Below are positions 25,514 through 38,303 of a stretch of 64,000 nt of DNA, one piece after another. The stretch covers positions 62,062,001 through 62,126,000 of the forward strand of contig NC_042998.1 of the NCBI RefSeq assembly GCF_006345805.1. Reading direction: 5' to 3'. Numbering within the stretch: the stretch's first letter is position 1; every line of letters starts with the position of its first letter. This DNA comes from Octopus sinensis (taxonomy: Eukaryota). A program made the translations under genes and the position numbers. The notes under the pieces are model-generated. The model was not told the DNA's origin and made no database searches. It was given only the letters and a program-made list of their open reading frames with translations.

Positions 25514-25981
25514 AATTCATAAATGAGGGCAAAGGAAAAAAATTCTAATGCCAAATATGCTGAAAAATTGGACATATTGTCCATTAACCATATAATTTTT
25601 TCATAATACGCACGCTACTCGAAAAAAGGTTGACAGAAATTTCTAAAAAATTCCATTATTACCATATCGGACCGATTTCAGAGTTAGCTGCTAAGAGCCC
25701 TCTCTTCGTCAGTGATACATGTGGCAAAAGAAATAAATGAGATACTTACTCATACCCATGGAATGAGTAAGTATCTTATTATTTCTTTTGCCACATGTAT
25801 CACTGACGAAGAGAGGGCTCATAGCAGCTAACTCTGAAATAGGTCCGATATGGTAATAATGGAATTTTTTAGAAATTTCTGTCAACCTTTTTTCGAGTAG
25901 CGTGCGTATTGTGAAAAAATTATATGGTTAATGGACAATATGTCCAATTTTTCAGCATATTTGGCATTAGCATTTATGAAT

Positions 25982-25982
<1 letters not shown>
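25514..25982. mobile_element. Near-perfect ~210-bp-arm palindrome, each arm with a minimal HHR motif (25665-25717 -, 25798-25850 +)
   Basis: Centre at ~25758. tatca CTGACGA agag..ctct GAAA t(c/a)gg TC cgata. Flanked by (TA)n. Confidence 0.85.
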
Positions 25983-26028
<46 letters not shown>

Positions 26029-26029
26029 A

Positions 26030-26066
<37 letters not shown>

Positions 26067-26880
26067 TAATCACCATTGTCATTGTTTAATGTTCAAACAC
26101 CAACCACTTAACAAGGTGTGCTGGGTACCTTTTATGTGTCACCAGTATGGGTACATTTAAGCAGCACTGGCACAGGTACTTACTATGTGGTACTGGCACC
26201 TGAAAGGACAAGCTTGTATGTGTGGAAGACAGAAATGTTTACTTAGTTTGCTATGTCTTATCATTTACAGCAAACCGCCATCTCCCCTGGTCCTTTGTCA
26301 TTTCCTCAATGAGGCCCAATGGGCTTTTTTCAGTTTCCATCCACCAAATCCATTCACAAGGCATTGGTCAGCCTAAGGTTATCGTAAAAGGCACTTACCC
26401 AAGGTGCCACACAATGGGACTGAAACCAGAAGCATGAGACTGGGAAGCCAGCTTCTTACCACACAGCCATGCCTGTTTTTTTTTTTTTTTGCTTAAATTT
26501 CAGAAATGTTGGGTTTTTCCCTGAGGTATTTTCAAGAAACTCATTTACACCTTTGTTTATGACTCCAAGTGTATCAATAACAACTGGGGTTATCCGTATT
26601 TTCAGTTGTCACATTCTGCTAACATCAATCTTTAATCCAGCTTTTCTCAACCAGGGTTCCCTAGAACTCTAGGCTTCCACAAAAGTTTCCCAGGGGCTCC
26701 GTGAGAAAGAGTGAGATAAGCTAATGCTAATTTCATGATCGTAATATTACTATATCTGCACAACATATTATTAGTTATTGTAATATTGTAATCTAGACAT
26801 CATCCTATCTAACCTATTATGTTAACAAAAAATATAACAACCATTGGGGTTATATTTAGTGATGTCTGTAATTTATGGAC

Positions 26881-26924
<44 letters not shown>

Positions 26925-27012
26925 ATTTAATATATACCGCTCGATTGGCTTGTATGTAATTGTATAATTGTATTTCTGTATTTGTTTTTTTTGTTTTTGC
27001 ATTATGGGAAAA

Positions 27013-27095
27013 CTTCCTGATGAGGGGAGTGTCAGTTTTAAAAATATGAAATATGTCATATTACTTGGTACGTCTCTGAAACGGCCTGTAGATAG
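27013..27095 (+). ncRNA. Decayed HHR-like motif
   Basis: ttc CTGATGA gggga..tctct GAAA cggcctg TA ga. Confidence 0.45.
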
Positions 27096-27544
27096 AATTT
27101 TTAAATTTTTGCAATATTTTTGTGGTATTTTAGTATGTTCTTTTCATGTTTTATCATCTTAAATTTTTATTACACCAATGTATTGTAACTTTTAGATCTA
27201 AAATTCTCTGTGCTTTATGTATCATATCGATATTTATCTATTTATATGTATTTTTATATTTATATTTTTGAAATTATTATATCAGTTTTATAAATGTAGA
27301 AGAATATATATACATATTTGATTTTGTGTGTGGTTATTAATTATGTTCCTCTAGTTTCTGCTTGCATTGCCTCCATTCAGATTATTAAATAGAATACAGC
27401 TCACTTGGAGCAATACAACTCTAGTCTGTATTTTATTTGCGAGTATTGTTAATATTGGGAATCTCAAAATAAAGCCGTATATTTTATATATATATATATA
27501 TGAATGGTTTTTTATTATGGCACCATGATTTACAATCCTGTAAA

Positions 27545-27812
27545 TAATAATAATGGTATTTTTATATAAGCTTAAAGCTTATGGTGATCACCGTACAATG
27601 ACTAAGGAAAATAGTCTAATAAAGGGACATATAAACCCTCAACAGAAAAAAGAAGGTAACACACTTAGTCGCATTAACAAAGGGATATGGATTTGTCTGC
27701 CACATGGATAGGAATGCCTTCTTTTTCTGCTGAGGGTTTATATGCCCCTTTATTAGACTATTTTCCTTATGGTGATTGCCATAAGCTTTAAGCTTATATA
27801 AAAATACCATTA

Positions 27813-27817
<5 letters not shown>
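27545..27817. repeat. Fold-back with ~105-bp arms between (TA)n tracts
   Basis: aataatggtatttttatataagcttaaagcttatgg... / ...ccataagctttaagcttatataaaaataccattatt. Confidence 0.8.
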
Positions 27818-27849
<32 letters not shown>

Positions 27850-27854
27850 TATAT

Positions 27855-28028
27855 ATACTACACTCACGGAGTGGTTGGCATTAGGAAGGGCATCCAGCCG
27901 TAGAAACACTGCCAGATCTGACTAGGCTTGATGAAGCCTTCCGGCTTCACAGACCCCAGTTGAACTGTCCAACCCATGCTAGCATGGAAAACGGACGCTA
28001 AACGATGATGATGATGATGATGATGATG
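27855..28028 (+). mobile_element. RTE-LINE 3' tip
   Basis: actacactcacggagtggttggc...acggacgctaaac(gat)n. Confidence 0.85.
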
Positions 28029-28990
28029 ATATATATATATAAATATATATATACATATGATATTCTCCATGTGAACTACAATGAAAAAAATATGAGAAAG
28101 ATATGGTATATAATTTTTTTTGTGCAGGGGTTCTTTCAGAATTCGGATTACAAAAGGTTAGAAAGGTTGAGAAACACTGCGCTAATTATTTGATTTTCCC
28201 AAATACATTTTCATCAGATATTATCACACGATTGAGTAAGCATGTTTTATTTTTAAAACCATTAACGATAATTAATAGGCCAATTTGGTGTTTACGGAGT
28301 GGTTTGTATAAAATCCTATGAAATTGTTGCATCTTATACCTTGTTTGATCATAGGATATGGTGCTGATACCAGTTTTTGACATGCACTAAAACCTGTTTT
28401 CATTAGTCTCTAGTGAATGACGATGACGATGATGATAATGATTGTCAACTTATTGCGCACTTCAGCTAGTTCTAAAAATAGATTTTGCTACATGACAGGG
28501 CATATGACAATATTATTGTCAATCTTCTTAGAAGTCATTTTGACCCATCTTGCTCTAATGCTTTTGATTCATTGCCATGATCTTAATATCTGCTTTTCTG
28601 TACTTGTATGGGTTGAACAGAGGTTACTGAAGTAAATTTTTCTGCTGCCAGATGCTATTCCTGTCACCAAACTTTGCCTGTTTTTGGTGTTGGATGAACT
28701 ATTGAGCAAAATAAGCACAAGCTCAGGGCATCAAAGGAAGTGTGTGTGTGTTTTGAACCACAGAAACGGTAAATGTTTTACAGCACAAAAGAAATCATTT
28801 TAAACTTGTTAAAATAATATTCAGAATGTTTTATCTCTACCAAGTATAGAAGCAGGTGTGTTACATAAGATTAATTTTGAGGATCTGATCAAATACTTTG
28901 AAATTATTAAAAACAGGAGAAAACTGGCGACACATAAAAGCACCCATTACACTTATTATTATTGTTATTATTATTCAGGTCACTGCCCAT

Positions 28991-29243
28991 GGGCATATGG
29001 CGTAGTGGTTAAGAGCACGGGCTACTAACCCCAAGATTCCGAGTTCGATCCCAGGCAGTGACCTGAATGATAATAATAATAATGATAATAATAATAACAT
29101 CGAAAAATACCTTAGGAATGAGAACCCAGGTTCGAAATTTCCCCAAGACACCTGATGAAGGCTGGAAGGTGTATCAGCCGAAACGTGTTAACAACAAGCA
29201 ATATGAGGACAAATATCCGTTAAATGTAAATAATGTAAATAAT
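28991..29243 (+). mobile_element. tRNA-headed short element carrying an HHR-like motif
   Basis: A box tggcgtagtgg, B box gagttcgatcc, (TAA)n, then gacac CTGATGA a ggctgg..tcagcc GAAA c gtgtt. Confidence 0.65.
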
Positions 29244-30204
29244 GCCCCTAACCCATGCCAAAATAGAAGATGATGATGATGATGATGCTGACAAAGACGA
29301 CAACGACGATGATGATGTTAGCCATATATTCTTCTTGGGCTATTCACAAGCTAGAAACCTAGCATGCGTAGACAATGACTACCACTAAACTTTTAGTTTC
29401 ATAATATATTTTATTAACTAGCATCATTATATTTGCAAATGTACCTTCAATAAATAAATACATCGATATCCAGTGACCATAACAGTAATCTTTTGTATAT
29501 AGCTCGTCAGATAAAGTAATGAAGGCGGTTCAAGGAAATGAATCACTGCATATAATTGATGATATGTGTTTATTGAACACAAGCAAAGATTAGAACCATT
29601 TGTTGACAATGACATAAGCATGTTACTTAAAAGTGAAAGAAAGGTAAAGGGAGCAATTTATTAAGACATGAGACGTAGTCTACTTGAGATAAGTTGGATT
29701 GCATTTGCCAGTCTTCCAATAGTTGTTGGCTATCCTTGTGAAATCTTCAGTTAGACTGGTGTGGAAAGTTTTGCCGCCTCGACCATAAGTCAACTAGTGC
29801 TGATTGGTTAAATATTATTTACTGTAAGTGTTAATACCTTTTATGGTAATGCTTTTCCTTTTATGGAAATATATCAGTTTGTGATTCTAAACCAGGGAAA
29901 TCTGAGATCAATGGTTCAAATCTCTGCTGTGATTTCACTACAACGGTATTAAGAGTGTGGGAAAGTGGATATGTAGACTCAATGGGAATACATTGGGTGA
30001 GAGACCGCAATATTATATTTCTCACTCTTTATCACAGCCGTCACTTCAACATTCACTTTTTTCCAACATGCATATTATTGTGGTCTTTTGTCATTCTTTT
30101 TCAGCTTTACAAAACTAGCATTTATATATATATATCATTAAGTTTGAAAATGGAGAGATTCAATGGATATGAGGATATAAACTAATTTATTTATTAATTT
30201 TCAT

Positions 30205-30530
30205 TGTCTACAACTGTTTCATTTAACATCCAATTTAAATTACAAAACATATAAATATATGAGTTTGCATTTCAAAATACCTTGAGTGGAAAATCTTCAG
30301 GGCATGAAAAATTATATATGTATGTCATTTTTGTATCCTCTCCATTTTCTCATTTGCCATATAAATTAGAGGTAAACCACTTTTTACCCCTGCCCATATA
30401 TAACACTCAATTGTGAAATTGCCAAGCAATAACCAGCACTTGGGTATGAATAATTGGGCACACAACTAGCAGTATATTGGATAGGTACAATTCCTTAGTT
30501 GGTTGGCTTCCCAACCTCTAACTCACACAG
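30205..30530 (-). mobile_element. PLE-like terminal-repeat family fragment with decayed HHR
   Basis: ccaactaagg...tatccaatatactgct motif shared with 1610-1800, 35497-35650 and 39590-39780. Minus-strand CTGAAGA...GAAA CAGTTG TA at 30205-30305. Confidence 0.5.
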
Positions 30531-30543
30531 ATATATATATATA

Positions 30544-31049
30544 CCATAAATCCTCGAGTATAGTCCGCCCTTGTGTATAATATGCAGGGGATTTGTAGGG
30601 GGCTGTACCTCTGAAAAACCTAAACCTTGTGCATAATACGCACCCCTTCTCTAATTTGAGTCAAGGAGGTCTATATAACGCCCTTGGTTTGTAAAAATAT
30701 ATACGGTAACGTCCTTTATTATTATTGTACATATAACATAATGCAAACGTGTAGCTTTTTTGTGCATTTTGTTTGGAGAAAATAAAGAAATAGCAGTAAT
30801 AATAGTAATAACATTTAATAAATGTTGCTTACTGCAAGTTATGGATGATTCTTTTCTGACTTCATTGCTTTCAGGCTTAGCTTAAGGTATTTTCACGCCT
30901 GACATCGCAAAATGCATCTGGACAGCAAATAGAGACTCAGACATTGCTTAGAAAATAATTTTCATTTTTAACCTCATATATAGTACGCAGTAGGGATTTT
31001 GACCTTTAAATTTGGGAAAAAAATGTGGATTATACTCGAGGATTTACGG
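30544..31049. mobile_element. pogo/Tigger-like MITE
   Basis: TIRs cc(a/g)taaatcctcgagtata(g/a)tcc, TA on both sides. Confidence 0.85.
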
Positions 31050-31055
31050 TATATG

Positions 31056-31096
<41 letters not shown>

Positions 31097-31100
<4 letters not shown>

Positions 31101-31313
31101 TTGTCGTTGTCATTAACGTCCACTTTCCATGCTGGCATGGGTTGGACGTTGTTGACAGAGGACCGCCAAGCCAGGAAACTGCACCAGGCTCCAATCTAAT
31201 TTGGCAAGCTCTCTACAGCTGGATGCCCTTCCTAATGCCAACCACTCTGAGATTGTAATGGGTGATTTTTATATGCCACTGGCATGGGAGCCAGTCAGGT
31301 GGCACTAATATCA

Positions 31314-31316
<3 letters not shown>
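31097..31316 (-). mobile_element. RTE-LINE 3' fragment
   Basis: ttaacgtccactttccatgctggcatgggttggacg... Confidence 0.8.
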
Positions 31317-31360
<44 letters not shown>

Positions 31361-31434
31361 TTCTATACAAAGTCAACAGAAAAGTTTATAGGCTGATCCA
31401 AGACACTCTCATGTAATGTGACCAGACATTAAAA

Positions 31435-32428
31435 TCATTGAAAGGAGGAGAGTGTTATAAGTATCTAGGAGTATTATAATCTGACAAAGTACTAACTATA
31501 AAAATAAAAATGAAAACTGAGAAGGAGTACATCAGAAGGGTGAAGAAGCTAATGAAGTTAAAGCTAAATGGTCCGAATCTTGTGAAGGCTGTTGATACTT
31601 GGGCAGTTTCATTACTTAGATACTCAGCAGCTTTTATAGATTGGACAAAAACTGAATTTTCAGAGCTAGACAGAAGAACTAGGAATGAATTCAATATGAA
31701 TGGAAAGCTCCACCCAAGGGCAGGAGTAGTAAGATTATACATACCCAGAAAAGAAGGTGGAAGAGGGTTACTATCAGTAGAACACTCCATGGAGTTAGCT
31801 AGAATAGATATAGATTCCTGTGTAGGTAATAGGGAAGAAAATTTACTAAAAGCTGCTAGAGTCACAGCAAGACATGGGGAAACCAAAAACCCAAACGATG
31901 TTAAAAACCAGAAAAAAGAACAGAAGTTATCTGACTGGCAGGAGAAGGTGTTGCATGGTAGATTCCCAAAGATAGTTGCAGCAAATAATAGTAGTGAGAC
32001 ATGATTATGATTGCATAAAGGAAAGCTGAAAAGGGAGAAAGAAAGTTTGTTAGTAGCTGCACAAGTTCAAGCACTAAGGACTAATTGGATAAAAGCCAAG
32101 ATAGATAAAAACCAAGTAGATTCCCAATGTAGGTTATGGAAATCAAAAGAGGAAAGCATTACGCATATAGCAAGTGAATGTAGCATGCTGGCATAGAAAA
32201 TACACAAGAAAAGATATGATAACCTAGGGAGAGTAATCCATTGGTAGTTATGTAGAAAGTTAGGATTTGACCATACTGATAAATGGTATGAACATGAACC
32301 TACTAAAGTACTAGAAAGTAAGTACAAGGTGTTGTGGTACTTTAACATTCAGACTGACAGTTAACAGAAGCTAGAAGGTCTGATTTGGTTGTAGTAGATA
32401 AAGAGAATAGAAAGTGCCAAATAATTTA
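31435..32428 (+). pseudogene. R4/Dong-like LINE ORF fragment (post-RT region, CCHC, start of RLE)
   Basis: YKYLGVL, EYIRRVKKLMKLKLNGPNLVKAVDTWAV, RLYIPRKEGGRGLLSVE, LLVAAQVQALRTNWIK, CRL..EESITHIASECSMLA, VLWYFNIQTD. Confidence 0.85.
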
Positions 32429-32469
32429 CCTTAGCATGGAAAGCGGACGTTAAATGATGATGATGATGA

Positions 32470-32503
<34 letters not shown>

Positions 32504-32671
32504 GACAGGCTTCTTTCAGTTTCCATCTACCAAATCCACTCATAATGATTAGGTCAGCCTGAGGCTATAGTAGAAAACACTTGCCTAAGGTGTCACGCAG
32601 TGGGACCGAACCCAGAACCATGTGGCTGGTAAGCAAACTACTTACCAATCCTGTGCCTATGTATTATTATT

Positions 32672-33195
32672 AGAGTGTAAATACCTTGAGAGAAAAGTCA
32701 GACCTAAGAAGCATCAGATGTGGTGTACAAGAGAGACGACTGCGCTGGTATGGCATGTGATGAGAATGGATGTGGATAGCTGTGTAAAAGAGTGCCACAC
32801 CCTAGCGGTTGAGGAAACCTGTGGAAGAGGTAGACCCAGGAAGACCTGGGATGAGGTGGTGAAGCATGACCTTCGAACATTGGGCCTCACCGAGGCAATG
32901 ACTAGTGATTGAGACCTTTGGAAATATGCTGTGCTTGAGAAGACCCGGCAAGCCAAGTGAGACCATAACCTTGTGGCATATGCCAGGAGTGTAACCAGCC
33001 CACTTATGTGTACCTTCCTTCATTGGACACTAAGCTCTGCTTGTGAAGACCTTTTGAGGCAAGTGAAATTGAAATCGAAATCAAATTCGATGACTGGCAT
33101 CCATACTAGTGGAGCACTAAGAGTACCATACAAGTGTGATCATTGCCAGAGCAACAAGCTGGCTTCCATGCTGGTAGCACGTAAAAAGCACCACT
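32672..33195 (+). mobile_element. RTE-LINE 3' fragment
   Basis: VKECHTLAVEETCGRGRPRKTWDEVVKHDLRTLGLTEAMT followed by UTR. Confidence 0.88.
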
Positions 33196-33664
33196 TCCAA
33201 AAGTTGGAAGTTCAAGTTGGTGTTATGACTGGGATGCTATATATTTGGTTTTGCACAACGTATTGTTCAGGGTATTTTTCAAAACATAAGTAAATTAGAA
33301 GTTTGTTTTAAATGTAATTTGATTATAAAATGATTGTCTGATGTTAAGATGACAGTAAAGGGTGATTTCTGTTTATTATTCTTAATGTGGTTAATAAAGA
33401 AATTAGCATTATCATCATTATTATTTTTATTCCTTCTTTCTACAAATTTTCTTCCAATTCTCGCCGAGTGTTTTCTGTACACTTAGGGCAGAGAAGCTCA
33501 TTGTATGCATTCCCAGATTACACATGCAAATTCACAGGTAAAATATGTATTTAAAAATATTAATAAACAAATACATTCATGAATTGATGTTGTTTTCACA
33601 GCGATAATGCTCTTCTCAGTACATGAGTCATTCCAGTTAACACGATATTTTGCACTTTTTTTAA

Positions 33665-33717
<53 letters not shown>

Positions 33718-34259
33718 GAGTGAGAAAGCAGTGCATGCTATCAAAGTGACACTGGGGTAAAGTATACCCATCATGACTATCCATCTGATAAGAGTACATC
33801 AGGCACATGCATCACAACCATATGTGTGCGACATGGTGATCTCATATCAAGATAAACAGCACATGACTTTGCAGGTGGGGGCCAAGTTAGAATTTTCTTC
33901 TGGTCAAGTAACCCATTCCACTCAAAAGGTCCCCGAATAACGGTTGTTTAAGGATGTTGAAAAAACCAGCCATGTTTCCAGAGGTGAATTATTGAAACCC
34001 CAAAGAATCCCTCCCAACACATGGCTATGATGCTCCCCCACTACTTCTGCTCATGATCAGAGATGCACATGTCGTCAGCCACTGAGGGACATGCTCAACT
34101 GGTTAAGATCAAACAACTGATAAGTAAATCTGTGGTATTGAGCAGAATATTTGCTGTAGCCCATCTTTTTGTACCAAGACAAAACAATGTACATGATAAC
34201 ACTTCCAATCAGCTAAGATCAGAAGCCATGAGAGCCACTGCCTAGTACTGCATCAGGGC

Positions 34260-34260
<1 letters not shown>
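33718..34260 (-). mobile_element. ~540-bp non-coding element inserted in (TAA)n, plus a 44-bp terminal copy at 34312-34355
   Basis: Long (TTA)n on both sides. gagtgaga.agcagtgcatgctatcaaagtgacactggggtaaa is repeated. Confidence 0.6.
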
Positions 34261-34311
<51 letters not shown>

Positions 34312-34367
34312 GAGTGAGAGAGCAGTGCATGCTATCAAAGTGACACTGGGGTAAAATATTATTATTG

Positions 34368-34425
<58 letters not shown>

Positions 34426-35196
34426 CATTATTATTATTATTATTATCATTATTATTAGCTAAACAACAGGTTTAGCTAATAATACAAAAAAAGTTACTAG
34501 CCAAGTAATTATTCATACTGAGGAAATACCTTTGGGTGAGGAGTGGCACTACGATTTTGTTAGTGAGAGTATGAAGCTGATGGTGGTGAACAGGTCATGG
34601 GCTGGGGTGGCAGGAGAGAACTATAGACATATTATCAGTAAAAGTAAATGAGGTAGGAAGGGAGACAAGGGGAGGTGTAGGAAGAGAAGGTGTTTCTACA
34701 GACTTCCACAGGAGTCCTAGTTTGGCTGGGCAGCACTGAGTCATATGAACAATATTATTGAAACATCCAGTATTTGGAAGTAAACAACCAAGAAAGCAAG
34801 GAAACCTTAAAAACAAAGAGTCATGTAAAAAGAATTTGATAACAGTCATCAAAGAGTGAGGGAGAGACAGACAGACAGACAGAGCGTGGTGAGGAAGAAA
34901 TAGAAAATATAATCATAAAATGTAAGCGAGTGAGGAGAAAGGAGGAAACGCTTCTCACTTGACTAAACATGGAAAATTTGGAGGGAAAAAAAACCCAAAC
35001 AACATCTATTTATAAAAATTATCTATCAAAGTAGGCACAAGAGTGGCTATGTGGTAAGCAGCTTGTTTACCAACCACATGGTTCCAGGTTCAGTCCCACT
35101 GCATAGCACCTTAGGCAAGTGTTTTCTACTATAGCCTCAGGCCGACCTAATCCTTATGAGTGGATTTGGTAGATGGAAACTGAAACTATATATATT

Positions 35197-35460
35197 ATCA
35201 TCATCATCATCATCATCATCATTTAATGTCCGCTTTCCATGCTAGCATGGGTTGAACGATTTGACTGAGGACTGGCAAACCAGATAGCTGCACCAGGCTC
35301 CAATTTGATCTGGCAGAGTTTCTACAGCTGGATACCATTCCTAACGCCAACCACTCCGAGAGTGTAGTGGGTGCTTTTACGTGCCACCGACACAAGGGCC
35401 AGTCAGGCGGCACGCTCAAATGGTGTTTTTTACGTGCAACCTGCTCAGGAGTCAGTCCAG
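35197..35460 (-). mobile_element. RTE-LINE 3' fragment (preceded by SINE A head at 35030-35186)
   Basis: Shared RTE terminus. Confidence 0.8.
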
Positions 35461-35655
35461 ATATATTTATTTCTGTGTGAATTAGAGGCTGAGAAACCAA
35501 CTAAGGGATAGTACCTATCCAATATACTGCTGGTAGTGTACCCAGTTATTCATACCCAAGTGCTAGTTATTGCGTGACAATCTTGCATTTGAATATAATA
35601 TGGGCAGGGGTAAGAAGTGGTCTACCCTTCATTTATACAGCAAATAAGAAAGAGG

Positions 35656-36113
35656 ATATGAAATCGACAGATATCAGCCAGTAAACATTCTAGTATGTTT
35701 ATTTATTCCAATGTATTGGTTTGGTTCGCACACATGTATTAGTGATATAGATAATCAAGTGGAAAGAGCTAGTAATTGCAAAAATATGGGTGTGGAAGCA
35801 TATAAGCAGATAGGAATGAGTGATCAATTGAGCAGATGAGCAAATGAGCAGATTGTCTATAAAACCGAATGGGTGTGTAGGTGCTAGTTCCTACACACCC
35901 ATTCGGTTTTATAGACAATCTGCTCATTTGCTCATCTGCTCAATTGATCACTCATTCCTATATACTTCCACACCTTTGTTTTTGCAATTATCAATTACTA
36001 ACTCCTTCTACTTAATTATCTGTACCACTAATACATGTGTGTATATCAATCCAATACATTGGAATAAATAGCTATACAGGAATGTTTACCAGCTGATGTC
36101 TGTCGATTTCATA
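35656..36113. repeat. Fold-back with perfect inner ~70-bp arms and diverged outer arms
   Basis: taggaatgagtgatcaattgagcagatg...gggtgtgtagg [tgctagtt] cctacacaccc...ctcattccta. Confidence 0.85.
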
Positions 36114-36143
36114 TTGTCTCCACTTCCTCTTTTATAGATATAT

Positions 36144-36175
<32 letters not shown>

Positions 36176-36176
36176 G

Positions 36177-36207
<31 letters not shown>

Positions 36208-36215
36208 GTATATAT

Positions 36216-36325
36216 AATCAAAATAAGCAACAAGGATATCCAGAGGTAATGCAGAACGATCATTTCATGCAACTAAATGATCGTATTGCATCACCTCTGG
36301 ATATCCTTGTTGCTTATTTTGAATT
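36216..36325. repeat. Short fold-back, ~50-bp arms
   Basis: tcaaaataagcaacaaggatatccagagg / cctctggatatccttgttgcttattttga. Confidence 0.85.
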
Positions 36326-36439
36326 ATATGGATAATACCATACTAAATTCTGGTGCTTTTAACTTAAGTATCATATTCAACTGAATCTAAATTTTACTAA
36401 ATATATGTGTGTGTGTGTGTATGTATATATTCTTTTTTC

Positions 36440-36856
36440 TTTTTATTCTTTTATTCGTTTTACTCATTTGACTGCAGCCATGCTGGAGCACCACCTTTAG
36501 TCGAGCAAATTGACCTCAGGACTTATTCTTTGTAAACCTAGTACTTATTCTATCGGTCTCTCTTGCCGAACTGCTAAGATGGGGACATAAACACACCAGC
36601 ATCGGTTGTCAAGCGAAGTTGGGGAGACAAACACAGACACACAAACATATACATACACACACACACACATACATATACATATAAATATATATGATGGGCT
36701 TCTTTCAGTTTCCGTCTACCAAATCCACTCACAAGGCTTTGGTCAGCCTGAGGCTATAGTAGAAGACACTTGCCCAAGGTGCCACGCAGTGGGACTGAAC
36801 CTGGAACCATGTGGTTGGTTAGCAAGCTACGTACCACACAGCTACTCCTGCACCTA
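36440..36856 (-). mobile_element. Full-length SINE family A
   Basis: All diagnostic blocks present. Confidence 0.88.
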
Positions 36857-36963
36857 TATATATATATATATATATAATTAAAAATGTGTTTTGAGTATTA
36901 TAGGATAGAATCCTACATAAGCCCAACTAAAAGTTAAAAAATGGAGAAGAGAAGATGTTAACA

Positions 36964-37009
<46 letters not shown>

Positions 37010-37457
37010 ATATCTGTGTGTGTATGTGTATGTTTTTGCGTCTGTCTTTGTCCCCCACACCACCACCACCACCACCACCATCGCTTGACAACTGATGCTG
37101 GTGTGGTTACATCCCCATAACTTAGCGGTTCGGCAATAAGTGACCGACAGGATAAGTACTAGGCTTACAAAGTATAAGTCCTGGAGTTGATTTGTTTGAC
37201 TAAAGGTGGTGCTTCAGCATGGCTGCAGTCAAATGACTGAAACACGTATAAGAATAAAAGAATGTGTGTGTGTGTGTGTTTGTGTGAGAAAAATTAGTTC
37301 AAGTAGAACAATTTGAACTTTTTGGAGGGTCCAAAAAGTTAGATTTCTAATAAAGATTCTTCATATCAAAATAGTAACTTGCTATTACAGGTATTTAAAA
37401 TATGAAAATTAGACAATTGAAAATGTGTTATGAGTATTATAAGATAAAATCCTATTT

Positions 37458-37571
37458 AAACCCAACTAACAATTAAAAAATGGAGAAGAGAAGATGTTAA
37501 AAGGTTTTATAAATTTTTAATCCACTTTTAACATCTTCTCTTCTCCATTTTTTAACTGTTTGTTGGGTTTT
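37458..37571. repeat. Short fold-back; left arm also repeated at 36880-36962
   Basis: ttaaaaaatggagaagagaagatgttaaaag / cttttaacatcttctcttctccattttttaa. Confidence 0.8.
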
Positions 37572-38101
37572 AATTATATATATATAGGTGCAGGAGTGGC
37601 TGTGCAGTAAGCAGCTTGTTTACCAACCACATGGTTCTGGGTTCAGTCCCATTGTATAGCACCATGAGCAAGTGTGTTCTACTATAGCCTTGGGCCAACC
37701 AATGCCTTGTGGGTGGATTTGGTAGACAGAAACTGAAAGAAGCCTGTCATGAGTTCATGGCTCACTGGATGGTCTGCTGTGCTTACCTTGGATTGTAGGG
37801 CGACCTGCTGTGCTTGAGGACACCTATTAAGTCAAGTACATCAACATCAAAATAAAAATCAAATGGAAATTGTAGTTGTGATACCCGTGATAAATGAAAA
37901 ATAGAGATATATATAGATAAATTCTGGAATGTTCCTGTAACTTGTTGTTGCTCTTTGGGCCACCTCCTCAGGTTTGCCTGTTGTGACTGTGAAACTTACT
38001 TCAACTATGACTAACTCATATTTATGCGTGTGTGTGTGTATGTGTGTGTGTATGTGTGTGTGTCTGTGTATGTGTGTGCATAAATATATATATATATGTG
38101 C

Positions 38102-38151
<50 letters not shown>

Positions 38152-38165
38152 ATGTATGTATGTAC

Positions 38166-38229
<64 letters not shown>

Positions 38230-38253
38230 TATCTTTATCTAATTATATATGTA

Positions 38254-38296
<43 letters not shown>

Positions 38297-38303
38297 GCAT
38301 ATA

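Larger units (their letters stand above)
26638..28179. mobile_element. Non-autonomous hAT-like element with nested insertions
   Basis: cagcttttctcaaccagggttcc / aaggttgagaaacactg. Degenerate 8-bp TSD ctttaatc/cgctaatt. Confidence 0.55.

Noticed and set aside
28991-29067. Functional tRNA gene (also other SINE heads)
   Set aside because: A/B boxes are present but there is no acceptor stem or complete cloverleaf.
29503-29593. Possible short terminal exon (SSDKVMKAVQGNESLHIIDD...)
   Set aside because: Weak acceptor and no homology recognised.
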